DNA from: Octopus vulgaris
Taxonomy: Eukaryota
NCBI GenBank assembly: GCA_951406725.2
Contig: OX597819.1
Location: 46,438,001 to 46,502,000, forward strand
Direction of reading: 5' to 3'
Length of the DNA: 64,000 nt
The translations under genes and the position numbers were made by a program. The notes below the pieces were generated by a model, which ran no database searches, was not told the DNA's origin, and was given only the letters and a program-made list of their open reading frames with translations. This document shows, piece by piece, positions 52,827 to 64,000 of this stretch. Position 1 is the first letter of the stretch. Each line of letters opens with the position of its first letter.

Positions 52827-52864
<38 letters not shown>

Positions 52865-53713
52865 ATATATATATATATAGGTATATACATATATATATAT
52901 ACATGTATATACATAGATGTATACGCATATGTATACATACACATACATACGTACATGTGTGTGTGTGCGTGTTTCCTCGTATACCAATTTGATATCTATG
53001 TGTTTTTGTTTATTGCTGGTTTTGTAATTCATATAATTTCATTGGCGATGTTATTGTTGTTTATGTTCATGTCTGTATCGATGACAACGATGATGATGAT
53101 CATCATCATCATCGTCATCATCATTTTGATGGTGGTTGTGATGGTTGTTGTTGTTGCTGTTGAGATGGTGGTGGTGGTGGTGGTGGTGGTGGTAGTCGTC
53201 GTCGTCGTTATAGTAGTAGTCGTGGTGGTAGTAATGATGATGGTGATGATGATGATGATGATGATATTCTTGTTAATTTTGCTGAGTCTTTTGTATTTTA
53301 TTTTATATCATTTTCATATTTTTATTTTATTTTATTTTTTTTCTGTGTGTGTTTTGTGTTCCGGTTTTTGTTTTTGCAGACGTTGAATCTGCTCCTGCAG
53401 ATATTAATAATGGTCGTTGGTGGTCACATTCATTACCATCACGTCCTCCACCAACAGCCCAGCAACTGCCCCAACCTTTACCGTCACCACCATCACTACC
53501 ACCACCATCTCCACTACCATCACTACCAACATCACCATCATCACCATCATCATCATCATCATCATCATGAGCATCATCATCATCCCCATCATTATCATCA
53601 TCATTACCGTCATCATCATCGTAACCAACATTATCATAATCATCAACATTATAATCGTTATCATCGTCGTCATCATCTTCATTGACATTATCATTAGCGT
53701 CTTCATCATCATC

Positions 53714-53811
<98 letters not shown>

Positions 53812-54060
53812 AATCATCATCATAATCATCATAATCATCATAATCATCATCATATTCATCATCATCATCATCATGACCATCGCCATCATCGTCATCTTCA
53901 TTATTGATCTTAAGATCTTTCGTCTTGAGAGGGTATTACTGCATGTATTTTCCTTGGATAGAAGCTATAATGGCGGTTATAGGGTTACTAATTACTGCTG
54001 AAATGTTTAGTGATAAGACTTTTTTCTGCTATTCATGATGGCGACAACGACGTTGGCGAA

Positions 54061-54126
<66 letters not shown>

Positions 54127-54430
54127 GGTGGTGGTGGTGGTGGTGGTGATGGTGGTGGTGGTCGTCGTCGTCGTGGTCGTGGTGTGGTGATGGTGGTGGC
54201 GGCGTTGGCGGCGGCGATGGTGGTGGTGGTGGTGCTGGTGCTGGTGCTGCTGCTGCTGCTGCTGCTGGTGATGATGCTGACGATGAGGGTGATAATGATG
54301 ATGAGGATGATGATGACGACGATGACAACGACGAAGATGATGATAACGATGAATGATGAATGGTGATGATGATGGCGATGATGACGTCGATGAAGATAGG
54401 GATGAAGATGATGATGATGATGATGAAGCA
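50940..54430. repeat. Large low-complexity zone: (GTT)n, (GCT)n, (GAT)n, (TA)n, (CAT)n, (GGT)n
   Basis: Read directly. Confidence 0.9.
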
Positions 54431-55329
54431 ATTGGAAACAGGGATGATGAGAACAATGATTATAAAGAATGAAAGATAGAATAGGTTAAATATTTGGAAG
54501 GAGGAGGAAAGAAGCATTTTTAATGATTAAGACTTAGAACTAGGACTGCATTGGCGCTTTTGCTCTTTGATATTAATCATTCTCTCAGAATTACTGAAAA
54601 TATATCCTCCTAATTTCTAACCACTTGAGAAACATTTAGCTCCGTGCTTTTTCTACTGTTTTGTCTCCCAGTTGCACATAATATTGCAATAATAGATAAT
54701 GTGTCTGGAAGATTATCAGGGCTCTTTGTGTTTGGTAAGTTAAATATAATTGACTGAAAGATTCAACAACTTTAGAAACGTCCTCAATTTTAATCTTCAG
54801 TTATTTACAGTTTGATTTAATTAAACTAAAATTGCTGTTGTCGATTTAATTAACTAAAATCGCGAATGTGGAAGACAGCGTAGAAATTTGGATGTAGTTC
54901 TGGCAGTTCCCATGGATTCACCTACCCTTAAGTATTGGACGATTGTCATTGCATAGAATGAAACTACATTCGAAAGAATTCAGGATGATACACATACAGC
55001 CATTATCATACCTAGAAGAGGTGCTCCCTACTGACTTGTATAAATCACTTACAGATACACTGCCTCTGACTTACAAGTACGTTGTTTCATCTTTCTACCT
55101 TTTTGACCACGACTATAATGGCCTCTAATTCTCAGAGTTGGCTGAGCTCGTGTCAATTCTTCTTCGTCATTTGTTCACTCATCACAGTTGTTCTTCCCAA
55201 CATCCAGTGGCCCAGCAACAAAATTTGCTAAGGGGGTGAAAACCCGGTTCCTAATTTTTTTAATGAAAAATGCGGATTTTTCCAATGTTAACATTAAAAC
55301 AAATGCAGATATAATAATTTTTATTATTA

Positions 55330-55832
55330 TGAGGGTCGGCTGAAATGTTCATAATCTGAGCAAGACACTCTCAATGGAATGTGACCAAATGAAGTTCATT
55401 TTCTAACATAGTTCCTCTTACTGTCCACACACTTCCATTAGTAGTTGCAGTGCTTGGGTCACACTGGTGAAGAAGCTTTTCTGTTGATAAATGGTCATCA
55501 ACCACAGATAAGATGTTCTCATCATAGTGATACTGGTGCTCAGCTGAGTGTTTTTCTATGTTGGGAAACAGATGATAACCAGAAGGAACCAAATCACTAA
55601 CATAGAGAGCATGATCAACCAGTTCAAAGCCAGTTACATACAGCAGCCATTGAAACCAAGGATTTGTTTGCTGAAGCATTGTCCTAATGAAACAAGACCC
55701 CGTTCATCAGTTTTTCTGGGTGTTTGGTCTTGATAGCCTTTCATAACTGCCTTAGGAAGTTGGTATTACAATTTTCCATTGATGGTGTGATCATTTTGAA
55801 GATAGCCAATAAACACAATATTTTTTGCATTA
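55330..55832 (-). pseudogene. Mariner transposase 3' fragment with TIR
   Basis: GFELVDHALYVSDLVPSGYHLFPNIEKH (degenerate HPPYSPDLAPSDYHLF); TIR related to that of 43547-44608. Confidence 0.85.
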
Positions 55833-56142
55833 ATGCATAGTATATATAATAATGTGAAGTATAGTTTGCAAATTAAAATGTTTAATTTTGGAAATGTATC
55901 AAGCAGAGCTAAAATAAACAGTAAAAATACAAATTGCAAGTATTTAAAAATGTGTGACACTACATGACAAAAACTAACAAAAAAGGGAAGAAAATAGTGC
56001 TGCTTGTATTCCAAAGGTACAATGAGAAGGCTCAGGAGAAGGATAGAGAGAAGGGATAGAGGGAAGCAAGTTAGAAGGAAAGAAAAGAATGAAAAGTGAA
56101 AAGATAAATTGGGGATCTGAAATGAGTACTAGGCAGGAAATT

Positions 56143-56333
56143 GGCCCCTGTGCTGGTGGCACGTAAAAACAGCACCCACTACACTCTCAGAGTGGTTGGC
56201 GTTAGGAAGGGCATCCAACTGTAGAAACACTGCAAGATCACACTGGAGCCTGATGCAGTCTCCTGGCTTCCCAGGCCCCAGTCGAACCATTCAACCTATT
56301 CTAGCATGGAAAATGGACATTAAACGATGATGT
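56143..56333 (+). mobile_element. RTE-like LINE/SINE 3' tail
   Basis: GGTGGCACGTAAAA...GGTTGGCGTTAGGAAGGGCATCCA.CTGTAGAAAC...GACATTAAACGATGATG. Confidence 0.65.
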
Positions 56334-56899
56334 CTTAACTATGCACTGGTCAAGTAGAAAAACGATGAGTGACAAAAAATTGGATTGTCTTTTGGTATTA
56401 AAAAAATTAAGAAAGAGAGTAGAGAAGGTTAGGGAAGAGCAAGTAGGAAGAAAGAGAAGGTGCGGAGAAATAAGGGAATAAAGATAGACGGTAGGTAGTT
56501 GACAGAGATGGACAGAGGAAGAAATGGAAGGCAGTAAAGAGAGAAAAGCAGCAGATAGGTAGAGAGGTAGATAGAGGGGAGATGAGAAGGACAGAGAAAT
56601 AGATAGAAAAGAGAGAAAGTCCTGCACCAAATATTGAACACTGCGTAGGGTACCACTGAGTGGGAACAGAAGTGAGTGTGTGACATTACAGTGACTAACA
56701 GACCTAAAATACTGCACAGAAGGTAAAAAAAACACACATATATAATGATAAAGGAAATTGGTGTAAACAGTGCTCAGGTGCACTACAACTAAAAAGGAAA
56801 AAATGGCCATCAGGTGTACTGTTGGCGGATTTCAGGACACATGGAAGTTTTGAAGGATGTAGTGTCTTGACAGCTAACTATTGATGCAGGTGGTTTATT

Positions 56900-57620
56900 C
56901 CATGCTTCTGCAATTCTGAGCATGAAAAATTGTTTCCGAAAGTCATGGGTGCTGTGTTGTTTTTGATTTTATAAGCGTGTCCATGAGTGTTTGTCACATG
57001 GAATTCAAAAAGTTACCCAAGGTTGTTGTTGTTGGAAATATGGTGGATATTCTTGTGGGTGTCAATCAAGACAGTTGCCAGACGTCTGGGCTTCAATGTA
57101 TCCAAGCCCAGGAATGCAAGACATTCAGAGTATGATAGATGTCTGACGGTGGGTATTCGCTTTGTTGCACATTTCTGAACAGTTTCCAGGAGATTTATAT
57201 GCTGAGAAAGTGAGGGGTTCCAGACTGGTGATGCAAATTCCAAGTGTGGACATACCATTGTTGTATACAATTTTAAATAGATAGCTGGAGAGTGGCTGAC
57301 AAAGGTCTTACTGAGTGATGCTAGCATCCCATCAGCCTTTTTGACATTCTTAGATATGTGGTTTGTCCAATGCAGATTCTTGTTTACAATAATACCCAGA
57401 ACATGTCCACCAGAAGACTTCTTGAGATAAGTGTTGCTGAAGGATTATGTAAAAGCTGGATTTTTCCTTCCAAAATGCATGGCGACACACTTGTCTACAG
57501 ATAGCTTGAGTTGACAGTCAGAGGTCCACTGCTGCAGTGTATCCAGATCTGATTGCAGGATATTATATGTTCTTTTTATTTCAAGGTACAGCTTGGTATC
57601 ATCTGCATATTTCAACACTA
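56900..57620 (-). pseudogene. CR1-like LINE reverse transcriptase C-terminal fragment
   Basis: LKYADDTKLY...LQSDLDTLQQW...KCVAMHFG; LYTTMVCPHLEFASPVWNP...LETVQKCATK. Confidence 0.9.
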
Positions 57621-57621
57621 A

Positions 57622-58796
57622 TTTTTCCAGGAAGTTTTCGAGCAAATTTCCCGGAAGTTAGAAAACCCCCGGAACATCCCAGAAGGTTTTCGACGAAATT
57701 TCCCGGAAGTTAGAAAATTCTCGGAACTTTCCAGGACGTTTTCGACCAAATTTCTCGGAAGTTAGAAATTCCTCGGATCTTTCCAGATACTTTTCGACCA
57801 AATATCCCGGAAGTAAGAAAATCATCGGAACTTTCTAGGAAGTTTTCGACCAGGTTTCTCGGAAGCTAGAAAATCATAGGAACTTTCCAGAAACTCTTCG
57901 ACCAAATATCCAGGAAGTTAGAAAATTCTCGGAACTTCCCGAGGACACTTTCGACCAAATTTCCCGAAAGTTAGAAACTACTCGTAACTTTCAGGGAACT
58001 TTTCGACCAAATATCCCGGAAGTTAGAAAATCCTGGGAACTTCCCAGAAAGTTTTCGACCAAATTTCCCGGAAGTTAGAAAAACTCGGATCTTTCCAGAA
58101 ACTTTTCAACCAAATATACCGGAAGGTAGAAAATCATCGGAACTTCCCAGGAAGTTTTCAACCAAATTTCCCGGAAGTTATAAAATATTTGGATCTACCC
58201 AGGAAGCTTTCGGCGAAATATCCCGGAAGTTAGAAAATCATCGGAAATTTCCAAGTTTTCGGTCAAATTTCCCGGAAGTTAAAAATCCTCGGAACTTTCG
58301 ATGAAATTTTTGACTAAATATCCCGGAAGTTATGAAATCCTTGGAGCTTTCCCGGCAATTTTCGACAAAATTACGAGGAAGTTAGAAAATCCTCGGAAGG
58401 TTCGAGTAAATTTCCGACCAAGTTTCCCGGAAGCTAGAAATTCCTCGGAAATTTCCAGAAACTTTTCGACCAAATTTCCCGGAAGTTAAAAAATCATCAG
58501 AACTTTCCAGAAACTTTTCGACCAAATACCCGGTAAGTTAGAAAATCATTGGAACTTCCCAGGAAGATTTCGACCAAATTTTCCTGAAAGTTAGAAAATA
58601 CTCGTAACTTTCAGGAGTCTTTTCGACCAGATATGCTGGAATTTAAAAAATCCTCGGAACTTTCCAGGAAGTTTTCTATCAAATTTCCTGGAAGTTAGAA
58701 AACCCACTGAACTGTCCAGGAAAATTTCGACCAAGTATTCCGCAAGTGAGAAAATTCTCGGAAAATTCGACCAAATTTCTCGGAAGTTAGAAAATT
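57622..58796. repeat. 52-bp minisatellite, about 22 copies
   Basis: Consensus GTTTTCGACCAAATTTCCCGGAAGTTAGAAAATCCTCGGAACTTTCCAGGAA; period 52 measured between 57635 and 57687. Confidence 0.95.
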
Positions 58797-59249
58797 TAAC
58801 TGAAGGTATTTTACCAGTGGTCATTCCTTGTAACCCTTCAATTTCTTCTATGAGACCGGATGCGTAAGAATATTAAAATTTAAGCATTAATTTATACTGC
58901 TCAGAACTAGTGTTTTCCCTAAAAATAAAACTAACTACCGGTTACCTTGTCATGAATGTTCATAGGATGCAGCCTATGAGTTTGCTGCATTTAAAGGTTA
59001 GTTTGATAAATATGACTGATGAAAAATGCATCATTTGACATGATTGCACCTAAGTCCTGTATGTTTATTAGTGCTCTGAATCACTATGTTACCTTGTGTC
59101 AAATATTGCAATTTGGGTGAATTTGTTTGTAATGAAGATGCTGAAACTTTGATGTACTAATTTTCGTATTTTTTCTTGTTTAGATCCTAGCGATCGATAT
59201 TCTTGTGTAATTAATTCCCTGATGTATACGACGTATTACAGGTAACTTA

Positions 59250-59830
59250 GAGAGAAATCCATTTGCAGTAATATGTTGACTCCTACCATATGGAGAGTTA
59301 AAGAACCATTCTTCGACTTTTCCTAAATTATGACAGATGATTCCATGATCAGTCTTGTCAAACGCCTTAACAATAACAAGGTTTTAACAGTCAAAGTTTT
59401 AAGAGATTATTAGAGGTAGTGTTATGTTGCTGTAAGAATTATGACAGGCAATTTCGTTCAGTCCGAAACCTATACCGAGTGTCATCTAAGTTGTTTTCCT
59501 CCAGGAATGGTATTACTTTTTGTCTTTGGACAAGGCATTGGATAATTTTAGACGTGTAAGACGAGAGGGAAACATGTCTGTAATTTTTAGCTTCAGCACT
59601 GCTACCTCCTTTGTACCTATATAGGTTTTATTATAGCTTCTTTCAATAGTCTCGGGAATATGGCAGTATCTGGCGACTTTTGAAACAGTACCTTTAATGA
59701 TTTCATGAGGTGGTTTTTGCACGTTTTGCGCAATATAACTGGAATACTATTTGGTACAGATGCTGAGTTTGGGCCTAAATCATTAATAGCCGCAAGTATA
59801 TCAACTTCCATGATATTAATTTTAAGTTGT
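59250..59830 (-). pseudogene. Decayed CR1-like RT N-terminal fragment
   Basis: AAINDLGPNSASVPNSIP...LFQKSPDTAIFPRLLKEAIIKPI, later GFG..NCLS and AFDKTDHG. Confidence 0.75.
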
Positions 59831-59859
59831 GTCTCTGCACTTGAGTTGTGGGATCAAAG

Positions 59860-60430
59860 AATTCGCTTGGATTATGCACGGGGCTGCGATACGAACAGAG
59901 AGTTTGGAGGTGAACCTATTGGCAAATGGCTGCATTTTGAGGCGTTCAAGTTCAGATTCCATTCTTCCGCCCAATTCCATGCTCGGTTCAGCGACAATTG
60001 GAGTATGTCGTATTGATTCCTAGGTGAAACAAGTTTGACGTCATCTGCAAATAGGAGAACTCTTCCATCAAGAAAATCTGACAGGTCGTTGATATAGAGA
60101 AGGAAAAGTATTGGCCCCAGCACCGACCCCTGGGGAACGCCGCTGCATGCATTCGTCTCCGCTGAGAGATCACCATTTATCTGCACCCAAAAAGTTCGAT
60201 AGCTAAGGAAGGAAGAAATCCACAAAGTCAACAATGGATGAATCTTGAATGCTCGAAGTTTGCGCAAGAGAAGTCAGTGATTAACGGAGTCAAATGCCTT
60301 TGCGAAGTCCAAAATTACCACGCCCACCAAGTCTTTTTCATCCATGGTCCTTGTAATCCATTCTTCAAGAAGGAGAAGATTTGTTAGGCAAGATCTTCAG
60401 GGTAGAAATCCATGCTGCGAGTCGGATATT
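59860..60430 (-). pseudogene. Well-preserved CR1/L2-like RT core fragment
   Basis: QHGFLP*RSCLTNLL...LDFAKAFDSVNH*LL...SGVPQGSVLGPILFLLYINDL...LFADDVKL...KCSHL; two in-frame TGA stops, no frameshift seen. Confidence 0.92.
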
Positions 60431-61829
60431 TCTTTGTACCATATAGAGATAATTGCATAATGCTTTGGTTGGAAATAGCTGTGGGAATGACATGAACATT
60501 GTGAATAAAAACAAAGTCGAGTATGCTATTTTCCCCTAATTGGACAGGTAATAATTTGTTGTATGGGAAAGTCTTTTTTTGTATCGAGGAAAGGGTTCAT
60601 ATCAACTTCAAAAAACTTGAGAGAGATGACAGACTGAGAGAGGACAAGAACCTTCACACATTTTCAGCATTGCAAAATTTTGGAGTTATTTTTGTCAGAA
60701 TAGAGCTGTCTTCAAGAATCCAAGTAATGCTATGTATTGAAGAGTAGCCGTAGATGCTGGTCATATTGTTGTACTTGTTGTTTGCTGCTACTGTTGTTGT
60801 TGTCACATACTTTTTATTTTGACGCTACTTTGCTACAGAAGTTGGTTAGTCATAAATTCCCTTGGTAATTTTAAGCCCAGCTTCATCACTTTTATTTATT
60901 TATTTTCGTTCTTTGTTTTTGCTTTGAAACGAAATCTAGCTTCAAGCATCTTATACAGATAATTTTTTAGACACTATTTTCTGAAACTGGTAAAATTATG
61001 TAGGGGGTGCAAATTTTGATCTTGCACCACCTGAAAATTCCAAGGGGTGCAGGTGCACCCGCTGCACCCCCTGTTCCCGGGCCCTTGCCAACATCCCAAC
61101 ACCTCGGCCATCAGGAATTTTCCTTCCAGATCATGTCTTATCCACATGTGTTAACTTGCAAAGTTCAACAGAAACATTGACGTCATCAGTTACAAGGGTC
61201 TAGAAGAACCGACAAAAGCCACGGGATCTGCCCTTTCCTCCAAACCATACAAATAAAATGATATGTCTTTAACGGCTATAAGAACAAAGCGCTTTCATGT
61301 GGCCAATGACTAAGGGCGTTGCTCCATATATATATGTACTTGCTTCTCGTTCACTGTGTGCATTGATAAATGCATCGCTTTAGAAAATTATCTTCGTCTA
61401 TAACTCCATTAGCATCACATCTGACAAATACAGATACGTATATATCCGGTTACATTCATCAAAACAAACCTCCCTGTCCTTATGCAAACCTGTCAACCGG
61501 AAAACAAAACCTCTAGCTTTGATTATTAAATTCATCTACATAGAAGCTTAACCTGCTGCCCGAATTATAAAATTTGTTTAAATATGTTCACTGCTTTCAA
61601 AGCAGACGGTTGATTGTTTCAGGTTAAAAATTCAAGTCTGGTTCGTTGCAAACGGTGTGACAGATTTCAAACAAATTGTAAACAATTTCATTTATTAAAA
61701 CGAATTGGTTTGCAAGAGAAGAGTTCTGTTAAAGGCGATAAGGATCGTTCATAGATAGACACAGGTCTTCATCTAGATTTAAACGTGCGGATGAAGGCTC
61801 ATTTCCTAATCTTTCTTTCATGGTTTCTT

Positions 61830-62040
61830 TTTATTATTGTTTCAATTATTTGACTGCCGCCATGCTGGGGCATTGTCTTCAAGGGTTTTAATCGAACAAA
61901 TCGACAATAGTACTATTTTTTAAAGTCTGGTGCTTATTCCATCGGTCTCTTTTGAAGAACTGCTAGATTACGGTGACATAAACAAACTAACTACGGTGGT
62001 CAAGCAGTAGTGGGAAACAAATAAAAATACAAAACTGAGA
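61830..62040 (-). mobile_element. SINE family B tail
   Basis: Reverse complement of the tail at 40400-40590. Confidence 0.7.
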
Positions 62041-62119
62041 CACACATAAATGTATGTACACGCACACGCACACACATAAATGTATGTACAAGCACACACG
62101 CAAACATATGTCGGAATAT

Positions 62120-62280
62120 CTTCCGGCTCAGAATGTTCTGAGTTCAAATTCCGCCGAGGTCGATATTTGCCTTTAATCCTTTCGAGTTCGTTAAGATAAG
62201 TACCAGTTGAGTACTGGGGATTGGTTTAATCGACTTTTCTCTTCTCAAAATTACTGGCCTTATGTGAACAGTTGAAAGTA
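62120..62280 (+). mobile_element. SINE family C, 5'-truncated
   Basis: GTTCTGAGTTCAAATTCCGCCGAGGTCG...AAGTACCAGTTGAGTACTGGGG. Confidence 0.8.
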
Positions 62281-62373
62281 ACGTAATTTCGTTTGTGCTT
62301 AATCTATCGACATGTTCGCCATAACGCCACGTAGATTAGCTAACTGACATTAATCTTTATATGCATATATAGT

Positions 62374-62377
<4 letters not shown>

Positions 62378-62415
<38 letters not shown>

Positions 62416-62434
62416 CATGCAAAGATATATGCAA

Positions 62435-62508
<74 letters not shown>

Positions 62509-62556
62509 GATATATATATATACATACATGTATATATATACATACATGTATATATA

Positions 62557-62592
<36 letters not shown>

Positions 62593-62692
62593 TGTATGTA
62601 TGTATGTATGTATATATGTATGTATATGTGTGTATATATGTATGTATGAATGTGTGTATATATGTATGTATATATGTATGTATGTATGTGTC

Positions 62693-62726
<34 letters not shown>

Positions 62727-62732
62727 TATATA
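62378..62732. repeat. (TA)n/(TATG)n microsatellite
   Basis: Read directly. Confidence 0.9.
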
Positions 62733-63378
62733 TGGAAATGGATAGTTTCCAGGCCCATGCGTAGCTACAGATACAACCTTTTTGATCGTGCAGTAAAGAA
62801 GTTTGCATTGAGACTATATGATTTCCGGTTTTATCGTACTCTACAAGAACCTTGTTTTCCTTACACAACGTCGAGTCGATCATCGGCTTCTGTGTGAAAT
62901 ATAACTCACACAGTCTCTGTCTAAATCCATCGGTTGAATCCGTTGTTTCCTGCCTTATCTATCTACCTGACTTAAATCGATTCCCTGCTTAACACCCATA
63001 CTCTCATGCATACGTATTTCTTCTTTTATTTTATGAGAAGTAATGTAGGTGCACGCCAAAAGTACACTGAACTATAATATCTCTCTACTGAATTAGGGCG
63101 AGGCAGTAAAATCACATAGAGTACAATTAAAGTAAACTTCACTTATATCTGAAACAATCAGAAAATGGATAAAGATTACAGAAAAATGTGTCATACAGAA
63201 GCAAGTATGGAGTGTTAGCAAGGAGTGTAATAGTAATTGACAGATTTGTGAAAGGTGTTCTATCGGAATCAACTGATCTATTTATAACGACAGGTGATTC
63301 TTAAACAAGGGCACACTATATAAGGACATATAATATATATATATATATATATATTGTGTGTGTGTGTGTGTGTGTGTG

Positions 63379-63460
<82 letters not shown>

Positions 63461-63819
63461 GAGAGAGACGTAGAGTGGCACAGAAAAACCTAGAGATGAA
63501 GAAAGTAAAACGGATAGTAAAATAAGAAGTGACATTAAACATTAAGGTTAAAATGATTGAGTCCAGAATTTTTTTCCTCTTTCATTTTCTGTCTACCTGC
63601 ATTTCTCTCTCTCTCCCTCTCTCTCTTTTGCTCTCTCTCTCTTTCACCCTCTCTCTCTCACTCTCTTCCATCCTCTCGCTCCCACTTTCTCTCTTTCCCT
63701 CTCCCCTATACACATATACTGACAGAGGTGTGGTCATTAACTCTTCCATTCTATATATATATATACATATGTATTTGTGGGTTTATATACATGCATATGT
63801 GCTTATGTATGGAGTACAT

Positions 63820-63887
<68 letters not shown>

Positions 63888-63890
63888 ATG

Positions 63891-64000
63891 TGGAGTCGCA
63901 ATGGCCCCGTGATTAGGGCAGCGGACTCGCGATAGTATGATCGCGGTTTCGATTCCCAGACCGGGCGTTGTGAGAGTTTATTGATGAAAACACCTAAAGC
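63891..64000 (+). mobile_element. SINE family D head (cut by window end)
   Basis: TGGAGTCGCAATGGCCCCGTGATTAGGGCAGCGG...TTCGATTCCCAGACCGGGCG; matches the reverse complement of ~13490-13597. Confidence 0.85.

Larger units (their letters stand above)
55205..61087. mobile_element. 5.9-kb non-autonomous hAT-type element with nested or captured relics
   Basis: Perfect 8-bp TSD CCAACATC (55197-55204, 61088-61095); TIRs CAGTGGCCCAGCAACA vs CAAGGGCCCGGGAACA (12/16); GGGGTG subterminal motifs at both ends. Confidence 0.8.

Noticed and set aside
57622-58796. CRISPR array or repeat-protein gene in the 52-bp repeat
   Set aside because: No unique spacers; the period is not a multiple of 3 and the ORFs are short by-products.

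Overview
AT-rich, microsatellite-saturated, apparently non-coding animal genomic DNA. The SINE families and the (TA)n/(CA)n/(GATA)n/(TAA)n/(CAT)n load look like an octopus (coleoid cephalopod) genome; this is an inference. No host protein-coding gene is recognisable, and almost all listed ORFs are microsatellite translations. Recognisable content: relics of R4/Dong-like, HERO-like, CR1-like and Penelope-like (PLE) retroelements, mariner and maT (DD37D) transposase relics, MITEs, several tRNA-derived SINE families (one as a 10-unit array), a 52-bp minisatellite, and a 5.9-kb hAT-type element with a perfect 8-bp TSD that encloses many other relics. The main hidden signal is 14 minimal type-I hammerhead-ribozyme (HHR)-like motifs from about 9 unrelated short non-coding elements, mostly next to or inside microsatellites and often as fold-back pairs. 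They include one fully canonical HHR inside a 534-bp unit with 139-bp identical direct repeats (retrozyme-like), one family with a swapped G3-C8 core pair, and one element joining a tRNA-Asn-like segment to an HHR tail. All structures were folded by eye; element boundaries are approximate unless TSDs or repeat ends are stated.
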